Of a DNA stretch of 64,000 nucleotides, positions 1 to 22,353 are shown piece by piece. The notes below the pieces were generated by a model. It saw only the letters and a list, made by a program, of their open reading frames with translations. It had not been told where the DNA came from and did not search any database. A program made the translations under genes and the position numbers. Source of the DNA: the human T2T-CHM13v2.0 reference genome, Homo sapiens; NCBI RefSeq assembly GCF_009914755.1, contig NC_060939.1. One strand, written 5' to 3'. How positions within the stretch are numbered: position 1 is the stretch's first letter; each line of letters opens with the position of its first letter.

Positions 1-1057
1 TTGGTCTGAAACCTAATGGATTTTAGACTAAATTATGAATGAATGAGGATGAAAGGGACCTGGGGCCTGGTCTTCCTGTTAGTGTGTGTGTGTTTTTGAG
101 ACAGCATCTTGCCATGTTGTTAGGCACATCCTGAACTCCCAGGCTCAAATTATCCTACTGCCTCAGCCTCCCAAGTAGCTGGGATTATAGGCGTAAGCCA
201 CCACTCCTGGCCCTAGTGGATTACTTTGTAAAAATCCTCTCCTTCCCCTCCAACTTTTTTATTTCCTTCTAATGGCCAAGAAGTGTATTGTTTCTATATT
301 CTATTTATTTCCTTTAAATATTAAAAAAAAAATAAAAGTAACCTGTTACCTTAATCTATTTGGGTCTAAGGTTTGAATAGCAAAGAATACTGTTTTATCC
401 CAACCTATTTGGTTTCTAAACTCTGGATGCCACGAGTCTGTGTGAAAATGTACGTTAATCTATGTAGTTCCTGAGCTCACATAGTGAAAGTGAAGATAGC
501 AAGGGTTACCCGTATTTAGAATTACCTTTCAATGTCAAAAATAACCATAATTTTTCCCAAATAGAAACGAAACCTTTAATGTGCTTTTACTATCTTCCCC
601 TGAATCACTTTCAATATTTTAAAAAATCTCATTCTAGTTTACATTTTTCAAAAAACATTTGTGACCAGATGCAGTGGCTAGCACTGGTAATCCCAGCACT
701 TTGTGAGGCTGAGGCACTGAGGATTGCTTGAAGTCAGTTCAAGACCAGCCTGGGTAACACAGTGAGACCTCATCTCTAAAATAACAAACAAACAAAAATA
801 AATAAATTAAATAAAAGTAAAATAAATAAAACAAAAAAAATTTGTCAGTAAGCATTTAAATTTGTGTATTTCATACACCATTGTTTACTTCTGTGCCTCT
901 TTTTACGTTGTGTCTTCTTAGATTCTTTTTCTTTGAAGATATCCTTAACATTTTCCAAGAAAAAGCATGGGAAGTAGACTTTCTGCGAGCGCCATCACCT
1001 GACTGGATTCAACTTTCTCCCTCTTTCCCCTAACAACATTGTTTTGCTGCCTCTTAG

Positions 1058-1414
<357 letters not shown>

Positions 1415-1517
1415 TAAACTTTTTCTTTCTTTACTTGCAGAATCACAAAACGTGGCATTTAGTGGGTTATTTCCTTCCTTCTAGCGTTTTTATTCTAGAA
1501 CCTTTATTAAACAGTTA

Positions 1518-1820
<303 letters not shown>

Positions 1821-2875
1821 AAAAAGCTATGGTATCTCATTTATTAATCCAGAAAACGTGTATTTACTTTGTGCCAGTCATCATGCTAGGGGTATAATAC
1901 TGAAAAAAATACTAGTATTCACTCTCATATAGCTTACAAACTACTGACAACTTATTGACAACTTGGATTATTCTCTGTACTTCCAACTCTTCCCACGTTT
2001 TCCATCATTTTGAATTTTTTTTTTTTTTTTAACTTTTTTGTTGAGATGAGGTCTCAATATGTTGCCCAGGCTGATCTGGAACTCCTGGTCTCAAGCGATC
2101 CTCCAGCCTCAGTCCCCCTAAATGGTGGGGTTACAGGCATGAGCCAACACGCCTGGCCTCATTAGTCTTCTTACATATGCATTTGTATGTAGTTGAACAC
2201 TTGTATGATTACTTTAGTTTTACATTTGGTGCTTGTGGCCACTTTTTATTAATACCTTGTACCATCCTGCCCCAACCTTCAGCCTTTTCCCCTAGTCTCA
2301 CTCTTAAAGAGTAACCTAAAAGTGCCTTCAAATGTTGAGATGGGTTAGACTTACACACTCTGATGCACAATACACACATCTACAAAGATCTTAAGCGTGT
2401 GGTCATACTTTGAGTACTAATGGAAGAAGCTACAAGATAAATTCCTTCATAGAAAAAAAAAATCACTCTCAGAACGTTTTCTATTTCCCATCATGTCCTT
2501 CTGTCTTCATTGGAATTCCTGAATTAAAAAGGTAGCAAGGAGGGACCCAATACTTGAGACCTCCACGTGCCCAATATTTAACTCATTCTGCTTTCACAAG
2601 ACCACCATGAAGTATTGTCAGAAATGGTTGCTCAGTAAGCCAGTCACTCATGGAATAAGTGGCAGGGTAAGAATGACAGTCCAAGTCTATTTAGATCCAT
2701 TTTGCATTGCAGTGTATTATAATGTAGTAGCTACAGAATTGAAAGACCCTTAATATCAGTACTTCATTCTTTTTTAACTGTTAAACAATATTCCACTGGA
2801 TGGATATATAAATATCCAATGTATATATGGAGAAATATCTATTCAGATCCTCAGGCCATTTTAAAATTAGGTTGT

Positions 2876-3091
2876 CTTTTTTTTTTTTTTTTTTTTTGAG
2901 ATGGAGTCTGCAATTCTCCTGCCTCAGCCTCCCAAGTAGCTGGGACTACAGGCATGAGCCATCACGCCCAGCTAATTTTTGTGTTTTTATTAGAGATGGG
3001 GTTTCGCCATGTTGTCCAGGCTGGTCTCAGATCCACCCACCTCTGCCTCCCAAAGTGCTGGGATTACAGGCACGAGCCACTGCGCCTGGCC
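2876..3091 (-). mobile_element. Alu with two internal deletions
   Basis: junctions ggagtc|tgcaattc and ggtctcag|atccac skip consensus segments. Confidence 0.85.
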
Positions 3092-3164
3092 TCTTATTTC
3101 AATTTTATTGATTGATATGTCTATCATGGTATCATACACTGTCTTGATTATTGTAGTTCTTTAC

Positions 3165-4030
<866 letters not shown>

Positions 4031-4325
4031 AATTAATAATAGACCTAGGCAATGACTATCAAAAAGACAACCAGGCATGTGTTTCCTAACAGAATTATAT
4101 ACCCCCACCAATGAAGCATTCTTACCAAAAATTCAATACTGAATCTGATCAAGCCTTTAGACCTAACTAACCACTAGTTTATGACATATGCAGGAAACAA
4201 TCAGCAAAATCTCAAATGTAGTAAACTTTTCAGGACAAGTAAGTTGGTTCTTTAAAACATAAGCAGGGGGCAAAGATGAGACAGAGAACCTACATACTAA
4301 GAGACTTTAAAAACAAGCAATTGTT

Positions 4326-4620
4326 GGCTGGGTTCAATGGCTCACGCCTATAATCCCAGCACTTTGGGAGGTGAAGGCGGAAGCAGGTGGATCACTTGAG
4401 GTCAGGAGTTCGAGACCAGCCTGGCCAACATGGTGAAACACCGTCCCTACTAAAAATACAAAAATTAGCCTGGTGTGGCAGCATGTGCCTGTAGACCCAG
4501 CTACTTCGGAGGCTGAGGCAGGAGAATCATTTGAACCTGGAAGCGAAGGTTATCACTCCACTGTACTTCAGCCTGGGCAACAGAGCAAGACTCTGCCTCC
4601 AATAAAAACAAAACAAAACT
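4326..4620 (+). mobile_element. AluS
   Basis: Alu consensus. Confidence 0.9.
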
Positions 4621-5257
4621 AGCAAGGAACTGCAATGTATGGACCTTCTGTGTCCTAATTAAATTACTTAAAACAAATTTTTTTTAGAGCAATGATTACA
4701 TATTTGACAATATTTTTGGTTAAACTTTCAGGTGTAATAATGTTATAGTTCTTAATCTTTAAGAAACATATACTGACATAATTAAAATGAAAGAAAAATT
4801 CTGTAATGCAGGATTACACAGAAATTCCAAGGGAAATACAAGGAGAGAGCCTAATGTTGGTTTGGACAGCACAAGAAGAAAGTGCTCTGTTCACTGGTGC
4901 TATTTACTGTTAGCCTGAAGTGTGTGGCTTTTCTGAAGAATAACCACATCCTCTCCCATCTTCATGCCCACCAATGTGGAATCATGGGCCCCAGGAATGG
5001 AAATCTGCTTTAAGGAGTTTCCAAAGAAGTTAGAAAATCATATTCTAGAGAGGACCAGAGCCTTAGCCTGGAATTTTCCTAAGAAAAAGCTCACAGATCA
5101 TTTGGGACCTTTAAATACAGATGCCTTGTTGAAACCCAGCTAGGAAGCAATAAGATCAGATATGGTAAATAAGGAGAAATTCAAAAATCCCTGTTGTGTA
5201 GACACATCATTTTCTGTAAATAATTACTTGATCTTTCTTTCAAGTGGTAAATAGCCA

Positions 5258-5263
5258 TTTATT
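5258..5263 (-). terminator. Distal poly(A) signal AATAAA
   Basis: tttatt on + strand in unique sequence beyond the Alu cluster; gives a ~4.5-kb UTR. Confidence 0.6.
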
Positions 5264-5733
5264 GAGTATTCTTGCTTTGATTGTCTACGTAAGCATGTAA
5301 GACTACAACATTACGACCCATCTCTTCAAGAGGAAGTCTGGTATTATGGAAAAACATTTTGTCATTCAGATTTTTTTTTCTTACAGTATGCCCATCACAA
5401 ACCAGGCAGCAAGCAAGGTATTGGGTGCTACTCAATCCAGTGAAGTCTTGAGGGTCCCTTCCCTCTGTGAAGCATATAATCTAGTGGGGTAGACTGCTAG
5501 CTACTAACTATGAAAACAACATAGTCTGACTTGAGAGTGGGGAAAGTGGAACAAGGGAGTAATTTTTATATTTTTCTTCACATTTAAAAATATTTTCTAA
5601 ACAATCCAATATAATCTTTTCTATAATTTCCAATACAATCAACATGTATTACTTGTAAAATAATAGCATACATATATCGACAGACTGAAGAAGGTATACT
5701 ATTAGAGAACATTTGCAGAAAAGAATTCCACAT

Positions 5734-6023
5734 CTTTTTTTTGAGACAGAGTTCTGCTGTCACCCAGGCTGGAGTGCAGTGGCAGCAATCTAGGCTCACT
5801 GCAACCTCCACCTCTTGGGTTCAAGCAATTCTCCTGCCTCAGCCTCCTGAGTAGCTGGGCCTACAGGCACGCGCCACCACACCCAGATAATTTTTGTATT
5901 TTTAGTAGAGACGGGGTTTCACCATGTTGGCCAGGCTGGTCTTGAACTCCTGACCTCAGATGATCCACCCACCTTGGCCTCCCAAAGTGATGGAATTACA
6001 GGCGTGAGCCACTGCACCTGGCC
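5734..6023 (-). mobile_element. AluS in long 3'UTR, TSD agaattccacat
   Basis: Flanking direct repeat seen on both sides. Confidence 0.92.
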
Positions 6024-6340
6024 GAGAATTCCACATTTTAAGAATATGGTAAAAGAGTTTTATTCTCTTCAGTAAGATGAGGTTGAGAATAAAAAATTAA
6101 AAAGATTAAGCAAATGACACTTTCACATCATAGGGTAGTAATAATGAACTTTAATAATCTTAAAAAAATACTTATTGGGGATAAGAAATGTGGTTTACAA
6201 GTAAACTGTTACTTTCTAGACTTAACCCAAGAAGTTAATGGAGTAGGTGTGTTTCAGTAAAGTAACAGGAAATGGTACAGAAACCACCAATGGTCATCAT
6301 GCTTGAGAGTCAATACAGCACATAATTCACAGCACAGATG

Positions 6341-8157
<1,817 letters not shown>

Positions 8158-8387
8158 TTAAAAATCAACAGACAGCCCATATTGCCCTTTTTTGGCCTAA
8201 CAAAAAACAGATTTCTAAGAAGACAGTAAGAAATCAGTATTAATTTAAACATTGTACAGGACAGGAGATCAAAAGCACAGGTATACAAATGGTTCATTTA
8301 AAAAAACTGATACTCAAATTGACACCCTGAAAATGTCAGATAATTTTTCAGAATGATTAAACTCACTAAACGTCTGTAAACAATAAA

Positions 8388-8393
8388 TTTATT
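8388..8393 (-). terminator. Proximal poly(A) signal AATAAA
   Basis: tttatt on + strand, with GU/U-rich gtttagtgagttt downstream on the minus strand; gives a ~1.4-kb UTR. Confidence 0.7.
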
Positions 8394-9757
8394 TCATTTC
8401 TTTTAAAGATTTAATGATATACAAAACGTATATAGTATCTTTAAGTAATACACTTTTTCTTTCTCCCCACCCCCAATCAATATTAAACACTATTTAAACA
8501 GCTTATCATCTCTTGCCTTGTCTGTATCTATGAGATACACTACTAAATACAAATAAGCTTTATACTGCTCCCTTCCAAATAAAAATTAAAATTAGTACCA
8601 AGGAAACAAAAGAAAAAGAAAAAAAAAGAAAAAAAATTAAAGCATAAAACTTAGATGAAAAGCTTTTCTTGTTATTGTTGAATATTCAACAATATCTGGG
8701 GCTGTTAAATTACATTTTATTGGCATAAGGTTGCACTGCAATCTGCCAGTATCACATAATGATAATCCAACTGAATTAATTTCTTAAGTACCACAAACAG
8801 CATTCATGTTCAAATGTTCCAACACAATTTTAAATATATGCAAGAGTTCATGTTTACATTCTGATTTGATATAACAATCAATAAAATCTTTGGAGAAGTT
8901 TGTAAGTTCTGGGTTGTTGCTATAGATACAGATAGGGAAAAAAGTACTTTAACTTTCCTCAAAAGGTAACTTCCCTTGACGAGTGAGTTAGGTTTCTGCT
9001 TTTATAATTTAGGTTATGTATCAGTTTACCATGGCTTTCTTCTACTTAACAGTGACTTGATAAAACAATGTTTAAAAAACCCAATTAACATTTTTACACA
9101 ATTTGGGTTCTATTTAAAAAAAAAAACTGGCTCTATCTTTAAATATGGAGCCTAACCCTGATTCATAAATACCGTCCCTCTTGAAAATGGTCTTCAGTTC
9201 AGGCTTCTCATACCTCTGTGAACCTAGAATTAGAACAAGTCATTTCCCTTCCCGCGGCCAACAAGCATCTAGTTGGGAACCAGTGATATCATCACTGAAC
9301 ACACTAAATACACTGAGGAAAATTTTGACTGCCATTTAACCAAAAGGCTGCGTGATTTCTTCATTTCCCTAGTTGAATGGCAATAAAACAGCTGCCAATA
9401 AAATCTGCATGGACACCTACCTTTGGTTAATGGTATTGTACCACATAAGAGAGAGCATCACCCTCATCAAAACAAAGTCAAATGAGATCCTCTGCTATAC
9501 AAAGAGCCCTTTAAAAAGTTATAAATACTAATTATCAATTACCTTTAAAATTTCTCAGCTGCCAGCTCTATCCTATAGGGACTTTCTGACTGATTAATCA
9601 GGTCAAAAGAATATTGACCTTTTAACTGTGCTGGAGTCAGCAAATTCAACTTGCATACACCTTTCTATATTACCAAACAATTTCCTCCCGAGGGAAAAGT
9701 GACACAGTAACATTTCTGTGAGGTGCAGGCAAAACCAATGATTCAGTAATATTAATA

Positions 9758-9888
9758 TTATAACATCAGACGAACAGAATTAGTTGATTCTGATTCTTTG
9801 GTGGAATTTCCAGGCTGAAGATTCAAATCTGAAGGCTCATCCTGAGGAAATATAATTTTATCAGGCGTATAATCATTCCTCTTCAGAT
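9758..9888 (-). CDS. TRPM7: TRPM7 exon 39, coding part (LKRNDYTP...NSVRLML*)
   Basis: atgtag|ATCTG...ATG TTA TAA; stop at 9758-9760. Confidence 0.96.
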
Positions 9889-9957
9889 CTACATTGAACA
9901 CCCACAACAATTAAAAAAAAAAAAGAAAGAGAAAAGAAAAAAGTTAGTATTTCTTAG

Positions 9958-10279
<322 letters not shown>

Positions 10280-10379
10280 TAGGATCATTTCTAATCAATT
10301 TTTCTCCAAACATGTCAGACTTGTTTTCCATCAGGTTGTTATAAATTCAGTAGTCACCAAATTTATACACATAAAAATG

Positions 10380-11790
10380 AAGTCATTCATTCATTCAACA
10401 AATAATTACATATTGACCATGAGTCAGAAACTCATGTAGGCGTGGGAATGTAGCAGTGAACAAACCAGACAAGCTCACTGGTCTCAGTGAGCTTATATTC
10501 TAGTGGGTGACAAAAAATAAGCAAACAGAAAAATGACAGAATTATAAGCAGTAAAAAGTGCCTTGAAGGCAGGGTGCAGTGGCTCATGCCTGTAATCTCA
10601 GCACTTTGAAAGGCCAAGGTGAGAGAATCATTTGAGGTCAGGAGTTCAAGAGCAGCCTGGCCAACATGGTGAAGTCTCTTGTCTCTACAAAAAATACAAA
10701 AATTAGCCAGGTGTGGTGATGTGCGCCTGTAGTCCCAGCTACTCAGAAGGCCGAGGTGGGAGGACTGTTTGAGCCCCAGTAGGCAGAGATTGCAATGACC
10801 CAAGATCATGCCACTGTACTTCAACCTGGGCGACAGAGTGAGATCCTGTCTCAAAAAAAAAAAAAAAAGTGCTTTGAAGAGAAGAGTGTAGTGAATTATA
10901 ATGAGGGACAGATGGAAGATGGTATAGGGTGATTGTTTCAAACAGGTCTGGGCAGGAAAGCCAGAGGAAGAGATTTGAGTAAATACCTTAATATTGAGAA
11001 GTGAACTATCAAAGCTCTAGGAGGAGTGTTCTAGGCAGAGGGAGGGTTAACTGCAAAGACTGTCAGAAGGAATGGACTTAGTGTGCTTTGCGAATGGTAA
11101 GAAGACAGTGTGGCTTCTACATAGTGAATGAGAGGAAAACTAGTAGAAATTGAGCTCAAGCAGCAGTTAATGGCCCAAGATTGTCAACTACAGATTGTGG
11201 GCCAAATCTGGTCTGTTGCCTGTTTTTGTAAGTAGTTTTACTGGAATGCAGTCACACTCATTTGTTCACAGTCTGTGGTTATTTCCACACCACGACGGTA
11301 GAACTGTGTAGCTGGGACAGACCACATGGTCTACAAAGCCTAAAATATTTGCTACCTTGCCCTTTACAGAAGTTTGCTGATCTTCATTTATACATCATAG
11401 ATACAAGCTATGATGAGAAGTACAGATACAATACAAATCCACTGGAAGGTTTTAAGCAGTCTCAAGAGAGGAACATCATCAGATTTGTTTCAAGAACTAT
11501 TCTGATGACTATGAAAACTCTTGTGAGAGGATGGGTGGCAGCAGTCCAGGAAACAAGGTGGTAGCCATGAAGACAGAGAAGAGCAGATGAATTCTAGGGA
11601 GATTTCAAAATTAGAACAGACAGAATTTGATGAATTGGCTATGAAGGGCAAGGGAAAAGAAGAATTGGATAGTTTTAGGTTTTGGACTTGAGCAACTGGG
11701 TAACCATTAATAAGATAGGGAAACAGAGTTCTATGTAGGGTGGGAGATATAAATCAAGAATTTTGGATTGGACACGTTACTAAAGATGCT
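10380..11790 (-). mobile_element. L2 remnant, interrupted by Alu 10568-10868 (+) and MER58
   Basis: (cattc)n aacaaata L2 terminus and purine-rich body. Confidence 0.65.
11178..11385 (+). mobile_element. MER58A (hAT-Charlie MITE)
   Basis: gggccaaatctgg...gcctaaaatatttgctac...ctttacagaagtttgc. Confidence 0.8.
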
Positions 11791-11794
11791 TTAT

Positions 11795-12295
11795 AGCAAG
11801 CCTGCCCGACCCTCGGCCCACAGGCCACATGCAACCCAACACAAATTCATAAACTTTCTTAAAACATGATGGCATTTTTTTGCATTTTTTTAAGCTCATC
11901 AGCTATGGTAGTGACAGTGTATTTTATGTGTAGCCCAAGACAATTCTTCTTTTTTTTTTGAGACAAGGTCTTGTTGTTGCCCAGGCTGAAGTGCAGTGGC
12001 ACGATCTCGGCTCACTGAAACCCCTACCTCTGTGGTTCAAGCGATTCTTGTGACTCAGCCTCCCCAAGTAGCTGGGATTACAGGCCTGTGACACCACACA
12101 TGGCCAATTTTTATATTTTTAGTAGAGACTGGTTTTTGCCATAATTGGCAAAGCTGCTCTTGAACTCCTGGCCTCAAGTGATCTGCCCACTTCGGCCTCC
12201 CAAAGTGCTGAGATTACAGGCATGAGCCATGGTGCCTGCCCAACAATTTTTCTTCCAATGTGGCCCAGGGAAGCCAAAAGGATGGACCCCTCTGC
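11795..12295 (-). mobile_element. MER30 split by Alu 11950-12241 (-)
   Basis: MER30-like halves resume across the Alu, with duplicated acaatt(c/t)ttctt. Confidence 0.8.
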
Positions 12296-12327
12296 TTCAG
12301 CCTGGGTGACAGAGTGAGACTGTCTCA

Positions 12328-12393
12328 AAAAATAAAATAAAATAAAATAAAATAAAATAAAATAAAATAAAATAAAATAAAATAAAATAAAAT
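12328..12393 (+). repeat. (AAAAT)n, derived from an Alu tail
   Basis: About 13 units after an Alu 3' fragment. Confidence 0.95.
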
Positions 12394-13061
12394 AGTATCC
12401 AAGTAGAAATATAGGTAGCTGAACAGAAACAGGAGCTTGGGAAATATGTCAAGTCTTCAGACAGATTTGCTATGATAAGTACATAAACATATTTATAGGT
12501 ATGGGACAAGAAGAAATCACTTAAGAAGTTACAGACATAGATGAAAATAGTTGCAGAACTGGAAACAATGCAGTAATATCAACATTATAAACTAACCAAG
12601 TCATGCATTAACATATATATATGTATGTTTTTATTTTTTTAAAAAAAAGGATACACGTGCAGAACATGCAGGTTTGTTATATAGGTATATGTGTGTCATG
12701 GCGTAAACCCTTATATTTTTATCTCCATATAAAATATAACTGATACTCAGAATATGAACTAATTTATTTTTTAAAAAATAAAAATATTTGACCTCACTGA
12801 ATCATAAACTGTTAATTTTAATCTAAGAAACAGCCTATATTAAACAATCCAAACATATTTGCAACTATATTAATTATTTTTGATAAATTTTAAATTCAAG
12901 ACTATGTCAGTATGGCTTTAGGGATATAAGCTAATCTGCGATTACTGTACAAAGAACAGTGGAGAGAAACACAATTATAGCTCACCTTAATTATATTGTT
13001 AACTAGTAAGTGTATCAATGAGCAAATCATCTCAACTTTAATTATATTATCTAGAAAATGA

Positions 13062-13298
<237 letters not shown>

Positions 13299-13379
13299 TG
13301 ATCTGCCCTCCTTAGCCTCCCAAAGTGCTGGGATTACAGGGGTACCGTGCTGGCTTAAAAAATGGAAACTGTTTAAATT

Positions 13380-16600
<3,221 letters not shown>

Positions 16601-16771
16601 ATGCTTATTATATGGCTGGTACTAAGTATCTCACAAAACCAACTCATTAAGTCCTCAAAAACTCCTTGGTGATGTAGGTATTCTCTGGAGCCATGCATCC
16701 TGGCTCTTGAGTCTAAGCTCTTAACTATTACAATACTGGGCATACGAAGTGGGACTTTCAAAAATACACAA

Positions 16772-17130
<359 letters not shown>

Positions 17131-17966
17131 TTAAATTTAATTTTTAAAAGAGACAGGGTCTCACTATGTTGCCCAAACTGAAGTAGGCACTACAGCTTTG
17201 AACTCCTGAGCTCAAGCGATCCTCTGGTATCAGCCTCCTGAGTAGCTGGGACTACAGGCATGTGTCACTGCTCCTGGTAGGGGAATTTTTTTTTAAAGTT
17301 CCACAGGGGACTATGATGCACATCAAAGAGAGACAACCACAGGTTTGTGCTTTAACTAACAATTAAATAATAACTTGTAATTCTCTGCATACAAAGATGA
17401 TGTTAATATCATGAGACAATATATTTACAGTTCCTGTTCCTGCTTGATCAAATAGCCTTTTCTCAATTCTTCTGCAAGGCTAACTTGAAGGTCTATTCAT
17501 TCTCCAAGTAAAGGCAAATACGTTAGTTTCCCAGGATCATTCCCGGACCTGGGTTTGAGTTAAGGGACCTGCTTACATGTTCTATAGCACTCTGTTCTGT
17601 TTTTTCCTCTCTCTTGGCATTTATCAGTCCTGTAACTCCCTGCTAATCTTGTCAATATTCAACATGAGGCTAAACTCCATGAGGGCAGAGACATAGCTGT
17701 CTGGTTCAATATTCTACTTTCAACACTGAGCACAATTCCTGGCATTCTGCAGACACATAATATATTAAATTAATGAACTTTGTATAAAGAAAGAAGGAAA
17801 ACACAGATTCATTTATAACCAACAATATGTATTTGCAAAAGAGCTGCTGAAGCTGGCACAATTAGAGACCATTACATTAAACATTTGTACCTCTGGCCTT
17901 ATGAGGTATTGTAGTAACCAAGTTTCGTAACAATTTATATACTATACTGATTAAGAAATTTTTTAC

Positions 17967-18073
17967 CTGGAAGTTTAAGCTTTCTACAGCAAGAATTACA
18001 GTGATGTTTTGCTCTGAAGTTTTTAATTGCATCTTCTCCTAGATTTGCTGGGCCAAAAACCATATCACAGGAT
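17967..18073 (-). CDS. TRPM7: TRPM7 exon 38 ([12 protein letters not shown]...[13 protein letters not shown]), Gly loop and zinc ligands
   Basis: ctacag|ATCC...CCAG|gtaaaa; 107 nt. Confidence 0.96.
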
Positions 18074-18183
18074 CTGTAGAATTGGTAATTTTAAAAAAAA
18101 CAACAAAAAAAAGGGGGCAGTTTATACAGGTACAAATATAAAATGTGAAATTATGCCTTAATGAAATAGTTAAAACTTATTAC

Positions 18184-18235
18184 CTCTTTTCTTCTGCTTT
18201 TATCACAGATGGGTCAGTCAAATTTTCACCAACAC
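18184..18235 (-). CDS. TRPM7: TRPM7 exon 37 (VGENLTDPSVIKAEEK)
   Basis: ataaag|GTGTT...AGAG|gtaata; 52 nt; LTDP motif. Confidence 0.94.
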
Positions 18236-18576
18236 CTTTATATGTGTATATAAAAAAGACAAATAATTTATATTATATAATTGACATAAATACTGACATC
18301 TGCATAATAAAAATCATCTTAAGAGATGTTATAGTATCATCAATCATTACAATGTTAAACTATTCAAAGGAGTGTAGTTCTTCTCTTTTGATATTTCATA
18401 ACTTGATTTATGACTCTGGCATTCTACCAGGGAGAGGCATATCTCCTTGTAATGTGAACAAGAGTTAAACGTCAGAGTTGGTAGGTAGGCATTAAGTTCC
18501 TTATCCTACAGCACCAAGGATGCAAATACCTCCTTACTTGTAAAAGGTCTGGTCAATCTGCCCTTGTTTCATCTTA

Positions 18577-18999
<423 letters not shown>

Positions 19000-19876
19000 T
19001 TAACACATATCACATTTTCTTGCAAAACATTCATGTAACACAGAGTAAGATTGTGAAAATCTTTCTTCACCTCCAGCCCTCTCCAGAAGTATTATGATTA
19101 AATCCTTCCAGTCTCTTACATATTCATGTGTGTATATATAAACACATACACACACACACTTAACACCTACTGATATTTTGAATAATCACAAATATTTAAC
19201 CCATTAGAGCAAAATCTAATAAAATGGTTCAATTTCACAAAAGGAAAAACCAGAATTAAAACACGATACTATTTTCCATCCAACAGAATGGCAAACATTA
19301 AGAATATTCCATACTGGAAAGACTGTAGAGAAGCAGGAACTTCCGTAGAAGGCTGAGTATGATTTCTGATAAGCTTTTGGGAAAGTACTCTGGCAGTTGT
19401 TATTAAAATTAAAATTGTACTAATCTCTTTTCTACACCAATTTAGGAACTTACTTTAAGGAAATAAAAGTAGCAGTGCATGAGAATGGTTTGCTGCAAGC
19501 ACTGTTTGTAGAAGCAAAAAACTAAAAGTAGAGTGAATGTTTATCAACACAGATGTAAATCATGCTATAGCTGCTACACTATAGACTATCACGCAGCTTA
19601 CTAAAGAAATAACTCTAGAAAATGCCTATGATATATCGTTAGGCAGAAAAAAAAAGTGGAAAAAAAAAAATCTCATGATCCCAGTTGGGGTAAAACCAAC
19701 ACAACAAAACAAAATAATAAAAAAGAGGGAAAAAAGTCTCCGTTTGTGTATATGTCTTCACAGAAGTAGAGAAATAAAAAAGATGGGAACACTTTGTTCT
19801 TTATATATTGCTACATTGTTTAACTTGTAATCATCTAAGATATTCCTATGTAAAAATTGTTCAATAAACATTATGT

Positions 19877-20719
19877 TGAGATGGAATCTACTCGGTGAAG
19901 ATACCGTGAACATTGTTCAAATCACAAGGGATTTAGAATATACATAAACTTTGTTGATAAAGCAGCAGGGTTTGAGAAGGTTCACTCCAATTTTGAAAGA
20001 AGTTCCACTGTGGGTAAAATGTTATCAAATGGCACTGCGTGCTACAGAAGTCCTTCATGAAAGGAAGAATCAATCCATGTGGCAAACTTCACTGTGGCCA
20101 GAGAGTGGCTCATGCCCGTAATCCTAGCACTGTGGGAGGACTGCTTGAGGCCAGGAGTTCAAGACTAGCCTGACCCACCTAGTTAGACACCCATCTCTAC
20201 AAAAATTTTTAAAAATTAGCTGCATGCAGTGACGTGAGCCTGTAGTCCCAGCTATGCAGGAGGCTGAGGCAGGAGGATGGCTTGAGCCGAAGGAGTTTGA
20301 GGTTGCAGTGAGTTGTGATTGAGCTACTGCACTCCAGCCTGGGCAACAGAAAGAGACCCTGCCTCTATTTTTTAAAAAAGAAAGAAAAAGAAATTGCTGC
20401 AGTCATCGCAAACTTCAGCAACTATCAGTTAGCAGTCATCAACATGGAGGCCAGATCCTTCACCAGGAAAAAGACTACAACTTGATGAAGGCTTAGATAA
20501 TTCTTACTATTTTTTAACAATAAGGTATTTTTAAATTAAGGTATGTACACTGTTCTTCATACACAATGCTATCACACACTTTAGACTACAGTATAGTGTA
20601 AATTTAACTTTTATATGTACTGCAAATCCAAAAAATTCATGTGATATGCTTTATTGCAATATTTGCTTCGTTGCAGTAGTCTGGAACTGAGCCTGCAGTA
20701 TCTCTAATGTATGCTTGTA
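19877..20719 (+). mobile_element. Tigger1 3' portion, split by AluJ 20096-20392
   Basis: ccaattttgaaagaagttc..., actacagtatagtgtaaa, TIR-like end ...gtatgcttg|ta. Confidence 0.85.
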
Positions 20720-21189
20720 ATTTTTAAACTTAACTGGATTGGCCTAACTCATAATGGACATCAGAGAGTTTTTCACAACATACACCACCATAATCATTTT
20801 TATAAAGGTATGAACTACTGAAAAAAGTATAGTTGTTTTTACATAGATTTTCATTCTTGAGCTGAAACCTGTTTGCTTTTCAACAAATCTTTTATATTTA
20901 TACCTGTACACTAAAGAGTCACTGAGTAATAAACATTCTAAACAATTGTTCTCATGTGATTTAAAATCTGGTCTGTGTTTACATTTGAAATTAAGTCTGC
21001 TCTTCAGGGAGAAAAATTATGGAAGCCATAATGAAGAGAAGAGCTGGCAACTTGCTCAATTTAACTTCCTTTGACTCACTGTGAAGCTCAGCAGACATTA
21101 CTCCAAGCAAACCTGCCCTCTTGCAGTCACCATTTCTTTTTTTTCTTTCATATATATGAAAGTCTTTTTTCTTTTATATGTATGAAACA

Positions 21190-21712
21190 CAGTCTATCTG
21201 CTAAGATGGCTATGAGCAATTTTTCCCTCTATAGATGCATATCGTTCTACCCATCAACTGCTGAATCTACTTCGCCTCCCCTTGAATGTGGGCTACCCTT
21301 GTAAGTTGCCTTGATCAGTAAAATGTGGCAGAAGGCATCTCAATCCTGGGCCTAGCCTTAAGAGGTTCTGCTTTCTCTCTAGAAGAAGCCAGCTGCTATG
21401 TAAGAAGTCTAAATACCTGAAACTACCATGCTGTGAGCAAGCCCAAGCTAGCTAGCCATGTAGACAGAGAACACTGAAGAACTGAGGAATTTAGTTGACA
21501 GTGAACAGAGACCTCAGACATTTGACTCCAGTCAAGCTGTTCAATGTCTCCAGCCATTCCAGTCTTTTGAGGTGACAGCAGAGAGAGACATTCCCACTAT
21601 GTCCCATCCAAATTTCTGAATGAAAGAACTATAAGGAAATAAAATGGCAGTTGTTTTAAATCCACTAAATTTTTAGGTAGTTTAGTTCACAATAACAGGT
21701 TAACATAAACAC
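21190..21712 (+). mobile_element. MLT1-family (MaLR) solo LTR
   Basis: ccatgctgtgag..aagcccaagctag; aataaaatggcagttgttttaa..ccactaa end. Confidence 0.7.
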
Positions 21713-21858
21713 CAGGAACAATAGAGGTATTTGTTATTTTTAAAGAAACGGTCTTTATACTTTTGAAATACTAGACTGCATATCTTAGAATAGGGAATTT
21801 TTACATGTTTTTGCTTATCAAAACATCTGTATTATCTTAACCATAATTTAGATAGCCA

Positions 21859-22209
<351 letters not shown>

Positions 22210-22353
22210 CTATGACTGTGATTAACTTGCTTTTTTATAGCTTCTATTGGCCTAAGATTTTATTTATCTATAAATTAGCAGATTCTGTATAACATATGAA
22301 TAGGTGAGAACCTACTGCAGAATTTCACCTTAGCAATATTTTAATAAATTTAC

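Noticed and set aside
11262-11564. 100-aa ORF
   Set aside because: Lies in MER58 and L2 sequence.
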